Positions 34,205-45,373 of a stretch of DNA of 64,000 nucleotides are shown here, in pieces. Source of the stretch: Macrostomum lignano (taxonomy: Eukaryota); contig NIVC01001426.1 of assembly GCA_002269645.1 (NCBI GenBank), positions 1-64,000 on the forward strand, written 5' to 3'. The position numbers and the translations under genes were made by a program. Position 1 is the first letter of the stretch. Each line of letters opens with the position of its first letter. Under the pieces are notes generated by a model. The model did no database searches, was not told the DNA's origin, and saw only the letters and a list, made by a program, of their open reading frames with translations.

Positions 34205-36499
34205 AAATCAATGTGCAATGCAAGTTGGCCTTTAAAGTATCATTTTTCTCAGTCTGATAAAATTGATGAGCAGCTGTACATATGAAGGATGTACATTAAA
34301 AACCCTGTTCAGTTTAGCTCTATCTTGTCCCAGAGGCTTTTCAACCAGTAAGTTTAGGCGGCAGTATATTAAAAATTGTTTTTTCAAAGTTACTATACGA
34401 TTAAATGAAATGCAGGTATTGAAGAATTTTTTGAAGTCTTGAATTCAAGAAATTTGAATAAAATAAAGGACAAAGTGAATAAATATTGTAGTTCCATAGG
34501 TAAAATGATTCATTGGTTTCCTGGCTGAGACTTAGACTTATTGGGAGCCAGGAGGCTCTGTAAATTTCGTTGCCGTGTAAATGCGGGCAGAATGCGGGAG
34601 CCTGGTTTGTGTTGCAGTTTATCAAAGTTCTTAGCAATCTCGTTGGCGAGCCAGACCGTAGATGGGTGAAAAGGAAGGACCAGTGGGATGGGTCGGAGAA
34701 GATCTGATTGTCAACCCTGATGTTCGTACCCGGCGGTTTGTCAGTCCCCAGTTTTTTCAATCCAGATTTCTACCCTTAGTTCGATTTTGTTGTTATTAAG
34801 AACCTGTTCAATGGCAATAGTGACAAAGTTTGAAATCGAGTGATTGGGGGTGAGAAAGTGCTCTGACCCCGAAGTAAAGACTCTCCTGTTAATATTTGAC
34901 CTGTGCTGGTTCATTCTATCTCTCATTGTTCTTCTAGTCATACCTACATAGAGGATTTTCCCAGGGTGGCACTGGTTACTGGAGATGCCATAGATGATGT
35001 TCTTGGAGCCACAGGACAGGCTCTGGGAGATTAAAAAACCGGAAGCCGGTCCCAGTCCCTGGGCGGAGAGAGCATGCAGTGAGTGGGTGCAGCATTTGCA
35101 GCGGGATGACCCACAGGGATGGAACCCTTTGGGAAGCAGACCCAGATTGGTCATTGGTCCTGCAGTCCAGTTCATGAGTTTGAGGACCTCCTTTTTGCAG
35201 TTTCTAAGAAAAATCTTCGAGTAGCCTAATTGCTTGAGTTCCGATTTTAAAGAATTGAAAGCATCGTTGAAAGACTTGTAGTCATCACAGATACGGGCGT
35301 ACCGAAGGACTTGGGATTTTACTACCCCCTTGAAGGTGTGTGACGGATGGAAGGGCTGTCGGTGCAACAATCTGTGAGTGTCTGTTTCTTTCGAAAACAG
35401 TTGTGTTGTGAAGCGGTTTTCAGCTTTCTTGATGGTCATGTCAAGGAAACTGGCCTCAGTCGATGAGGAGCTGACTGTGAGTTTAATGTTGGGGTTGATG
35501 GGATTCAGGTGTCGAACAAATTCTGTCAGAGCTTCAGTCAGGTGGTCCCAGTGAATAAAGATCATCTATGTACCTAGAATAGATGCTCGGCTTATAAAGA
35601 GCAGTTCTCAGGGCAGTTTCCTCCCAGAGGCTCATGAAGAGACATGCATAGCTGGGCGCAATTATGCGCCCCGAGACTGTGCCTCTAAGTTGTAAAAAAT
35701 CATTTTGTCGAATTCAAAGTCATTCCTGTATAAACACAGTTCCAGTAGCTTTATTATCTCAGCATCCGGTCCAATGGGATCTGGGAGTCGATTAAAGAAT
35801 TCCTGGATCGCTGCAACGACGTGGTCTGTGGGGATCATGAAGTACAGACTCTGGACATCAAAAGTTGCCAGAGCAAGGACCTTCCGTGCAGTTTTTATCC
35901 ATAAGGTGTGCTTTGAAGTCATAGGAGTCCTTAACGAAAGTGGGTTGCGCTTGGGCTAACAATAGGTCTGTCTGCTGGGACCCGGAAGTGGATCAGCGAG
36001 GTGGCCGGGTCCTTGTGATTTTTTGGGAGCAGGTAGAAATGCCGGGGACAGAAGTTCTCTCCAAGGCAAAGAAAAGAAAACTGTTTCTTAGTTATGAACT
36101 TTCTGTTACATAAATCGAGGAAGATCCCCCTAATCATTTCCGCAGTCTCGGGTTGCAGTGGCTAGTCCAGCTGTTGATAGGCATTAGTGTCAAGCAATTG
36201 GTTGTAGGCTGCAAATTCGTAATCCCTAGGGTGCATGATGACCACTGCGTTACCTTTGTCCGCCTTTTTTATCACGACGGAGCTGTTCGCTTGAGCCCCT
36301 GAATCGCTCTGGTCTCTGGTACCTCTAGGTTGCCTTTGACCTGTACCGTTGTCAAATCCTCCACCAGTTTTTGGTTCTCAAGCACAAACAAGTTGCACTC
36401 ATCACTTCTAAGTCTGGGGAACCTCCTTCACTGATTTCCCGGTAAAGGGGGGAGAGAGGAGAGAGAGAGAGAGAGAGAGAGAGGTCACGACGTATTGAC

Positions 36500-36544
36500 T
36501 TTGCAACCGGTTTCAAGCCTCTGGGTTATTCGTCAGGCCAAACA
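36500..36544 (-). ncRNA. Second, partly decayed hammerhead ribozyme (5' terminal repeat of the PLE)
   Basis: Minus strand TTTGGC-CTGACGA-ATAACC(CAGA)GGCTT-GAAA-CCGGTT-GCAAA; cores intact, stems I and II weakened. Confidence 0.6.
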
Positions 36545-36776
36545 GAGAGACAGAAAAAGAAAGGCAGAGTGGTTGAGCAAACGCAGGTATTGTTTAGCCT
36601 AGCTAGTGAGGAAGAGAAGGTGCTGTTGAACAAAGGAATAAGAAGTTTTTGCTGGGTGTTTGGGACGCTTTTAAATTCCCATTCGAATCATCTTTTCGCC
36701 TGAGCAGCCCAGCGGCTCTCTACACAATTTGCAGTTCCTCTAACCATCAGTCTCAGATTGATCAACATTCTAAGAA

Positions 36777-38186
36777 ATGGAGAAGCTACAACTGCTTTTC
36801 ACTATTTTCCTGAGTATTTTTTGTCGCTGCCTTGAAGGTGAGTTCAGTGCATCTTTTATAGTAGTTTAATTATTTTTTTTCATGGCGTCCTTTAACTCCG
36901 CATTTACACAAAGATACTTACACAAAGAGTTGGTACAATGTAAGACTTTATCTTGTTATCCTAGTGGTTAGAGCTTCGGACTCACGGCTGAAAGATCATC
37001 GGGGGTTCGATTCTTGACTTATTGAGCAAGCCACTTGACTCCGCATTGCTTCAGTTCACCCAGCAGTTGAATGAGTGCCAGCATTAGCTGGGGTAATTGA
37101 GGGTGTGTGTGGCGACCCCCGAGTCCTTGGACTGAACAGCCGTACGCAGCCTTCAGATGCCCCACGCAATAGCTGCGGCTGAGCTGTCGGTTGCACATCC
37201 TGGCCCGTTAGGGGCGTCAGTGCACCCCGCACAACGGAAAGGCAAATGGCCCTTTGACTTTCTGGTTGTCAGACAGGTGCACACGATCTGAACCTTTGGC
37301 ATTTCTGCCCCTGAATCAAGCCTGCAATAAAAAATTAAATATATTGAATACGCGGTTTAAAACATCTCTGATAACACGGGTCCGTAAATGCTAAATGCGG
37401 TAAACACGTCTGACTCTCGCTCCAGGAAACTTGGGTTCGATTCCATGCTGTTTTGGGCTTTTGGGATAAATTGTGTATCCTGTGAGAGCCTGTGCCAGCG
37501 TGTGTAACCACTCAGAAGTCAGCGGAATGTGCCTGATTGTCGCCCAATTCCCTTTACAAACTAAACCACTTTGTGGTAGTTATCATTGTTGAAGCAAGCT
37601 ATCCCTACATTCTAGGAAAAACCTATAGCCTTCAAAAAGGTATGCCAGCAAAGATGTCAACAAAGTGGAGTTCATCCGGACCAGCTGCTCTGGCTTACGA
37701 TGGCAACACCCACGGTAACTACATCAGTGGCGTGCAGTGCATCTGCACTAATGCGGCCGATCCGCTGCCCTGGTGGATGCTGGACCTGCTGCAGAACTAT
37801 CGCATTGCTGGAGTGCGAGTCTGGAACAGGCTGGACAGCAGTTTTGAGACGCGATTCACGCAGATCAGCATAAGTAAATAAAGACATTAGTAGCTGAAAA
37901 TCTAATTGATTTATTAAAATGCCCTTGACAATAAAAACTGATCGCACCTGCAGGCGTTTCATCGGTTGAGTCAGTGTGGACTGACTTCAAATTGAGCAAC
38001 TTCAGTCTGTGTGCGTACAAGACCGGCGCTATCACAGATGCTGACAACCCGATTAACTTCACCTGCCCAACACCGCTGACGGGTCGATACGTGGCGGTTT
38101 CCAGGAATATCACTGGGATCTCCACTAATAATTATTATCTCAATTTCTGCGAGATTGATATATTTGCAGGTTTGAGCAATTTATGA
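36777..38186 (+). CDS. Secreted F-type lectin (fucolectin/FTP, discoidin-like) domain protein, about 183 aa
   Basis: Exons 36777-36837 (signal peptide MEKLQLLFTIFLSIFCRCLEG), 37616-37873 and 37954-38186 join in frame (552 nt, phase-1 GT..AG introns). Motifs ALAYDGNT, PWWMLDL, VRVWNRLD, CPTPLTGRYVAV and LNFCEIDIF. Confidence 0.85.
36955..37330 (+). mobile_element. tRNA-derived SINE with CORE-like central domain
   Basis: A-box-like TAGTGGTTAG and B-box GGTTCGATTC, then TTGAGCAAGCCACTTGACTCC...CAGTTCACCCAGC resembling CORE-type SINE bodies; A-rich tail at about 37327. Confidence 0.65.
37385..37520 (+). mobile_element. Second tRNA-derived SINE head (different family)
   Basis: TAAATGCGGTAAACACGTCTGACTCTCG...GGGTTCGATTCC, a tRNA-like head with a B box. 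Confidence 0.45.
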
Positions 38187-38827
38187 ATAATGAAAGTTAG
38201 GTGTAGTTAAATTGTAAAGTTACTGAGCTGTCCACAACGTTCCAGAAGACCCGGATTCCACCACTGTCGTAGCTACGGAGATCCAACCCAGCTTCTCCTC
38301 GACATCAAACAGCCTTCTGACTACTGCTCCATTGAAGATGCGTTCGGAAACTGAGTGCATCATCAAGTGCTCAAAATTCCTCATACAGCCGAGCTGCTCG
38401 CACGTTCTCTTCAAAGCCTCTAGGAACGACTGCTGGTTCTTCAATTCTTCCAGCATCCCGAGCAGCTTCAGTGCCCTGATCGACAGCAATGATGCGTTTC
38501 GACGCCTCTATTGGAATGGGTGATTGATTAATGCAGGAACTAATTATTAACACGTGATTAACTCAGTTGGAAGTTCATTCTAAACTAATTTTATCGAGTC
38601 ATTTAAAAATTTAAGACAAGCCTTTTAAATTGTTGTTGCTTATTATAAAAAGGTAAACTACTGTTTAAATTACCTTGTTTATCCATACCAATTTTCACCT
38701 GTTTTTTATAAGCCGTCCTTTTACTCAATAATTTTCTGTCTCTCTTTATGTATGAGCCAAATTATAGTCTATTGCTAATACTGAAACGGCAACTGAAACT
38801 GTTGTGTTAGTGCAGATATCGGGGGAG

Positions 38828-39000
38828 GGGGGTCTCTCGCGAAAGCAACTTACGGTGTGCCATAGACGTAAGTTGGGAAAGAAAAACTTATGGTTTGATC
38901 GAAAGGCTCGCAACTTGACACGGCGTTCGATCGATCGCAACTTTGCAAGCTCGTAACTTAACGCAAAGGCCAGTTTCTTGAAAATAGCGTAAGTCTATAG
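38828..39000. mobile_element. Diverged partial copy of the Harbinger-type MITE at 41444
   Basis: GGGGGTCTCTCGCGAAAGCAACTTACG..GCCATAGACGTAAGTTGGG matches the reverse complement of about 41550-41636. Confidence 0.6.
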
Positions 39001-39339
39001 TCCTACATACTTAATATCGATCGTAAATCTGCGCCTGATCGAGACCAAGCGTGAGTGAGCAAGAGCCCCCAACTTCATTCTCATCGGAGACTGGCGCAAG
39101 TTTAACTGTCCTATTTTTTACCAAGGCTTTTTCTTTTTACGAGTCACATTAAAAAATAGCTCCCAGAAGACTTTGACGAAGTCTTTGTCAAGTTTCAATC
39201 TTTTTTCGCAAAAAATAGAACAGGTGCCCAATTCCTACTACTATTAGTAGTAATTAGTAATAAATAAAGCAATGTATGATTATCCCGGCCTCTGTATGAT
39301 TGATTTGTATGATTAGCCCGGCCTACCCGGCCTCGACGC

Positions 39340-39500
39340 TATGGCAGTTGTGTGTGAAGCGTGACCTCTCGATAATGGAATTGTGTCTATTTTCGTCCAA
39401 AAACAAATTCAAAACGGCTAGGACACAACTTCCAAGACAGGAATTGTTCACTAAGCGATTCTAGGGATTTGTGTCATAGGCATTTTCCACTTGGCGCAAG
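39340..39500 (+). pseudogene. Possible second THAP-domain relic
   Basis: One frame reads ...RNCSLSDSRDLCHRHFPL, resembling the THAP LCxxHF motif; heavily disrupted. Confidence 0.3.
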
Positions 39501-40374
39501 CCAGATGATGGCCATAGACTAAACGTCTGGAACGAAAAGTTAAGCGGAACAGTCTGAAATTACCATAGACGAAACATGTTAAATGAAGTTGTGGTCTTAT
39601 AAGCTGGAACTCTGCAGCAGAGGACACATGTTCCTGTTTCCTCCGTTTGCCCTAACCTCTATTCATGCCACTCATCCGAATGATAAATTGGTCGAATTTG
39701 CCGATTGAAAGCATTTAAGGCTTGAATGGAAATGAGGTCAACTTTCTCAGCGACTTGAGTATAGGTGGACGTGACGAGGCGGATGACGAAGAGTTGATGG
39801 AGTTGATCCGATTCATTGAATGCGGTAACGATGATGCTCTGCCACCACTGCCAAGCGAAGAAGAGGCTTGCCCCGAGGATCCCATGCGGAACAAACCATG
39901 CAATTCGGCCGATGTGAGTGTAACGTCTAAAGACATTTCTTATATAAATAGGACGTTTCTTATTATTTTTCTTTTCGTACATGTATACAATCTGTTTATT
40001 CAGCTTTGTTGTATTGAATAAAAAATATCCTCGCAAACGCATTGATACAGGAATATACAGATTGCTCATCTGCAAATGGGTATATCCAAATATAACCCGT
40101 TGGGAATATTCAAAGATGGGGGCGGCTTGACCATAGACTATTCGCAGATAAGCAATCTGTTGTATTCCTGTTTCGATGCCTGAAAGGCGCGCAAAAATTT
40201 ACTTAGTTCACAATTTCCGTCGACGCAATCGTTTGTGGCCCAAACGAAACTAGGCACAAAAAATCCATATTACTAAAATTAGCTTTTTAGATTTGATTTT
40301 TTGCCTTCTCTCCCAGGAAACAGTCTAGGAAATAGTTTATAGACTCAACTAGACTTCCGAATTGCGTAAGTCAC

Positions 40375-40836
40375 AACAACAACAACAACAAAATCCGCTG
40401 TCGGGATGGTAAAAGTCAGCGTCACAGGGCGCGCTTCATGGCTTGGGCGCGAACAAAGGCCGCGCCACCGGCAGTGTCCGGGGCGCCGGCGTCAGCCAGC
40501 AGACAGTCGACGTAACGCCGAGTTCGCGCTTGATCTCGCCGGTAGGGTGCCTGCAGCGTGAGCAGCAGCACCTCCTGCACCGGCTGTGGGCAGTACGACT
40601 CGGCGCGGATGAGATGGCCTGCGAGCTGGAGTCGCCGACGGCGCAGTAGATCGCTTGGACGTGACAGGCCAGCGCGGTGATAGATTGCCGCGTTGTTGAC
40701 TCGCTCGACGCCGATGTTGAAGGCGGCGCGCAGCAGGCCAGCGTGCGCCGCATCGACTTGCTGTTCGAGTGAGTCCGTCAGCGTCCAGGTCTCGGTGTTG
40801 TAGAGCAGGACGGTCTCGATTACCGCCTGGAACGCT
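40375..40836 (-). mobile_element. 5'-truncated RTE-clade LINE (3' end)
   Basis: Open frame FQAVIETVLLYNTETWTLT...LLRAAF...RRRRLQLAGHLIR...RYVD is typical of RTE/RTEX post-RT regions; (TTG)n tail at 40375-40392; candidate TSD AGTCAC at 40369-40374 and 40837-40842. Confidence 0.85.
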
Positions 40837-40876
40837 AGTCACGCAAAGTCTAAGCTACTTTGGAGAAACTGTCTTA

Positions 40877-41331
40877 GTAATGCTTTTGTCAGCCTAACTG
40901 AGAATAAAGCCACCCAAAATGAGAATCCTGCCTACGCTGACTGCGAAGGGCCTGGCTGCGTGCAGCCTTAGTCTATGGGCCATAGACAATAAAGGACAAG
41001 CAAAGTGATAAAAAGCCATCCAATGTGAGAATCGATTGGTCTATGCGTCGTATTCTTTTATTTTTTTACCTTCTGAGCTTCTGAGCCATATGACTAGCCA
41101 ATCCTAGCTTATCCTTTATAGTCTATGGCTCATAGACTAGGCTGGACGCAGCTAGGCCCTTCGTATTCAGCGTAGGTAGGATTCTCACATTGGATGGCTT
41201 TTTATCACTTTGCTTATCCTTTATAGTCTATGGCCCATAGACTAAGGCTGCACGCAGCCAGACCCTTCGCACTCAGCGTAGGCAGGATTCTCACTTTGGA
41301 TGGCTTTATTCTCAGTTAGGCTGACAAAACC
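40877..41331. mobile_element. Foldback MITE with about 155 bp inverted arms
   Basis: 40877-41033 is a near-perfect reverse complement of about 41180-41331 (TTTTGTCAGCCTAACTGAGAATAAAGCC...); internal CTATGGGCCATAG palindromes. Confidence 0.8.
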
Positions 41332-41443
41332 AATATTGATCCTACGCAGCGCGTAAGTCTAGTTAGCGCGTAAGTCTAGTTGAGTCGATCAAATGTTGTA
41401 CATGTCCACCTCACCCCGCTTGAGGCCACTTCCTGCTCCTCAG

Positions 41444-41636
41444 GGGGGTCTTTCTCGAAACTATTGTAAGTTCTATGGTAAGTGCAGGCGTAAGTCCGAA
41501 CTTTGCGCTTGGCGTAAGACGGGTCGGGTCGTAAAGCTGTTTCTCGAAGCTAACCTAGGGTTCTCGCAAGCCATAAGCACTTCCTCCCCAACTTACGTCT
41601 ATGGCCGATCGTAAGTTGCTTTCGAGAAAGACCCCC
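41444..41636. mobile_element. PIF/Harbinger-type MITE (193 bp)
   Basis: TIRs GGGGGTCTTTCTCGAAA / TTTCGAGAAAGACCCCC, flanked by the 3 bp TSD CAG (41441-41443 and 41637-41639). Confidence 0.8.
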
Positions 41637-42099
41637 CAGAGCTTTTTCGCGAGCGTTTGAGCACTAAGTGTCTCTGACTCTTCAGCGTCCTTCTATCTAT
41701 CTATCTACGCAGAGCGTAAAGTTCTAACCTAAGATCAAACTTACCACAGAACTTACGCAAGACCCCAGAAATGCGCCTGACCCAGCAGCCCGGATGTCTC
41801 AGTATTAAGGTGACGATCCGCTTTGTAGGTCGAGTTTTTTGCCATGAAAACCTCAGAAAGCGTCAAAGATAAACAATTACATAGTACACAGCCTGTTAGA
41901 ATTTTCATTAAAGTTGAGATCAATCCGAAATCAATCCAAATGTGTTGGCAGTGGGATAAGCAGAACGAGGCCACAGGAGAGGCCGCGGTCCCCCTCAATG
42001 GCCCCCACAAAATGCAATCCTTTGGAAGCTAAAAAAGCAGGTAACCAAACTTGACGAATGACATGACAGGAGCCCAACGGTTTAAGAGACGGGTAGGAG

Positions 42100-43550
42100 C
42101 GCCTACTAAGAGGCGCCAAGTGACAGGGACGCCCACCAAGAGAAAGGGACACCCACCAAGAGACACGGACGCCCACCAAGAGACAGGGGCGCTCACCAAG
42201 AGACAGGGACGCCCACCAAGAAACAGGGACCCCCACCAAGAGACAGGGGCGCTCACCAAGAGACAGGGGCGCTCACCAAGAGACAGGGGCGCTCACTAAG
42301 AGACAGGGACGCCCACCAAGAGACAGGGACGCCCACCAAGAAATAGGGACGCCCACCAAGAGACAGGGGCGCTCACCAAGAGACAGGGGCGCTCACCAAG
42401 AGACAGGGGCGCTCACCAAGAGACAGGGACGCCCACCAAGAGACAGGGACGCCCACCAAGAGACAGGGGCGCCCACCAAGAGACAGGGGCGCTCACCAAG
42501 AGACAGGAGCGCCCACCAAGAGACAGGAGCGCACACCAAGAGACAGGAGCGCTCACCAAGAGACAGGGGCGCTCACTAAGAGACAGGGACGCCCACCAAG
42601 AGACAGGGACGCCCACCAAGAGACAGGGGCGCCCACCAAGAGACAGGGGCGCTCACCAAGAGACAGGAGCGCCCACCAAGAGACAGGAGCGCACACCAAG
42701 AGACAGGAGCGCTCACCAAGAGACAGGAGCGCTCACCAAGAGACAGGGGCGCTCACTAAGAGACAGGGACGCCCACCAAGAGACAGAGACGCCCACCAAG
42801 AGACAGAGACGCCCACCAAGAGACAGGAGCGCTCACCAAGAAATAGGGACGCCCACCAAGAGACAGGGGCGCTCACCAAGAGACAGGAGCGCTCACCAAG
42901 AAATAGGGACGCCCACCAAGAGACAGGGGCGCTCACCAAGAGACAGGGGCGCTCACCAAGAGACAGGAGCGCTCACCAAGAGACAGGGGCGCTCACTAAG
43001 AGACAGGGACGCCCACCAAGAGACAGGGACGCCCACCAAGAGACAGGAGCGCTCACCAAGAAATAGGGACGCCCACCAAGAGACAGGGGCGCTCACCAAG
43101 AGACAGGGGCGCTCACCAAGAGACAGGAGCGCCCACCAAGAGACAGGGGCGCTCACTAAGAGACAGGGACGCCCACCAAGAGACAGAGACGCCCACCAAG
43201 AGACAGAGACGCCCACCAAGAGACAGAGACGCCCACCAAGAGACAGAGACGCCCACCAAGAGACAGGGGCGCTCACCAAGAGACAGGGGCGCTCATCAAG
43301 AGACAGAGACGCCCACCAAGAGACAGAGACGCCCACCAAGAGACAGAGACGCCCACCAAGAGACAGAGACGCCCACCAAGAGACAGAGACGCCCACCAAG
43401 AGACAGAGACGCCCACCAAGAGACAGGGGCGCTCACCAAGAGACAGGGGCGCTCACCAAGAGACAGAGACGCCCACCAAGAGACAGAGACGCCCACCAAG
43501 AGACAGAGACGCCCACCAAGAGACAGAGACGCCCACCAAGAGACAGGCAC
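42100..43550. repeat. 20 bp minisatellite (AGACAGGGACGCCCACCAAG variants)
   Basis: Exact 20 bp period over about 70 units. Confidence 0.97.
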
Positions 43551-44179
43551 CCATCTCGAGACAGCAGGGGTTGCAGCCCTCACCAATCAAAACTACCGCA
43601 TACGCCACTGTGTGCTGGCAAAAGCGTACAGAATGTTCATCTTACGAGACACATGTACATGTAGCTATGCATTAGCTGTTTTCCAGCTAATGGACTGATC
43701 TAAGTTAAATAAAAGCTTTTATTTTACATTAGTCAAACACCTGTATTACACAGTTGCTTCCTATATATTTGCTAACTACAGGTAAACTACTAACATGTGG
43801 AAGAGCTCGTTTGCAATCGTTTCAATCCAGACAAGCAAGCCGATGCCAACAGAGACCGCTAAAAGTTAGTCAAATAAATAGATGAAAGCATTCAGGAAAG
43901 ATGAAAGACACCGGCCGCTTTGCTAACCCTGTGCACAGTCAAACATAGATGATGTTTTCAGTGGTGCTACAGTGCAAACAAAGATCATCACAATTCCTTC
44001 AGGGATTTTACCTCCAAGAAGGAAGGAATAAACTCATTGCTGCATTCAGAAACCTTCCGCCTTGTCATCGTTGAAATCTCAAAGTCCATTATTACATAGT
44101 ATTCCTATTGCAGCACCGTGTGGCTTTTACTTCATGATGCTTGTCAATGGCTGAAAAATTCTCAAACCGGATCTAACTC

Positions 44180-44370
44180 AATACAACTCTACTCAAGCAC
44201 TGACTCAGTCATTACAACTCTACTCAATCACTGACTCAGTCATTACAACTCTACTCAATCACTGACTCAGTCATTACAACTCTACTCAATCACTGACTCA
44301 GTCATTACAACTATACTCAATCACTGACTCAGTCATTACGACTATACTCAAGCACTAACTCAAATCTGCT
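44180..44370. repeat. 31 bp tandem repeat (TACTCAATCACTGACTCAGTCATTACAACTC)
   Basis: Period 31 (44221, 44252). Confidence 0.9.
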
Positions 44371-44617
44371 AGGTCATTACAACAAGACAAGACAAAAGCA
44401 TTAACTTAATGCACTTTTAATCTTGCAAATCCTTGCTAATCGTCTATTTTCAGTTAATTGTTCCAATTACAAGCGTATTTGGAGATCCAAAAAGATTTTT
44501 AACACTCACAAGACCTAACTATGTAGCTATCAGACTTCAAGTACAGTCTACAAAAGCTCCAGCTGTGATTCGCACACGCTGCGACGACAAACTCAGGGCA
44601 GAGATATGCCATGCAAC

Positions 44618-45373
44618 TCAGTTGAATGGCGACGCGCACTCGCACAGAACTTTGGACAGATCAGAGGCCTCGTTTATATCGACCAGCTTTGGGATACTGT
44701 GATACCGTGCAACAGCATTCTCGTTACCACCTCCCACATTGTTTGGCTCATCATGACCCCACAAGCTGCTGCTCAAAGGGATGTTGCAGGCGACCCAGTG
44801 CCAGCCTCCTGACGGCTCTGAACTTCCTACTTTCTGGTGGCCTCCGAGAAAAACCGATTGACCAGAACTGCGCGACTTGTAAATATTTTCCACGTGGTCC
44901 ATCTCGGTGGCGTCAACCACATCGGCCATGATCACCAGGCCGCTCTCCGACTCGCACTTCTCTTTGCTCTTTTTCCAGTTGCCCGTCTCACTATGCAGCT
45001 TGTACTTCACTCCGCACAGGTCGTCTCCGTAGCCAGACGGACACAGCGCCCCAGCCTCGAGTCCCGGCTGCTGCTTCACAAACACCTGGCCTCTCCTGGA
45101 GCAGCCGCAGTTCCTCACCGACTTGCTGCACTTGTCGAACACGAACAGCTGGCACGGACCGTCAGCCAGGCTGAACGCCTGACAGCGCCGGTCGCTGCTG
45201 CACCAGAAGGCGCAGCCGGCCATTGAAACAACGTCGGAGAGGCTACGAACGAACTCTTTGTTGATGCAGAGGCTGCCGTTGATGCTTGAGTACGAAGCCA
45301 CGTCAGCTGCCTGCACGACTTTTAGCATGAAGAGAAAAACTGTAAACAGTTGGCTAAGCGTTTTTGTTGGCAT
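44618..45373 (-). CDS. Secreted PAN/Apple + C-type lectin domain protein, single exon, about 251 aa
   Basis: Signal-like MPTKTLSQLFTVFLFMLKVVQA; PAN pattern MAGCAFWCSSDRRCQAFSL..C; CTLD features W..SKEKCE, VFLGG, WHW, WGHDEPNN and VLCEC. Confidence 0.85.
   Translation of the reverse strand: MPTKTLSQLFTVFLFMLKVVQAADVASYSSINGSLCINKEFVRSLSDVVSMAGCAFWCSSDRRCQAFSLADGPCQLFVFDKCSKSVRNCGCSRRGQVFVKQQPGLEAGALCPSGYGDDLCGVKYKLHSETGNWKKSKEKCESESGLVIMADVVDATEMDHVENIYKSRSSGQSVFLGGHQKVGSSEPSGGWHWVACNIPLSSSLWGHDEPNNVGGGNENAVARYHSIPKLVDINEASDLSKVLCECASPFN

Larger units (their letters stand above)
34064..36545 (-). mobile_element. Penelope-like retroelement (RT + GIY-YIG endonuclease), degenerate, with direct terminal repeats
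   Basis: Fragments VVIKKADKGNAVVI, TFDVQSLYFMIP, SRYIDD (about 35562-35585), FLDMTI, HPSHTFKGVVKSQVLRY, CGSSRCKCC and IIYGISSNQC...LYVGMTRRTMRDRMNQH. Direct repeats at about 34080-34205 and 36450-36545 each adjoin a (GA)n tract. Confidence 0.9.

Noticed and set aside
42100-43550. Regular 20 bp array and its W/V/S-rich ORFs
   Set aside because: Pure tandem repeat with no unique spacers; the ORFs are translation artefacts.
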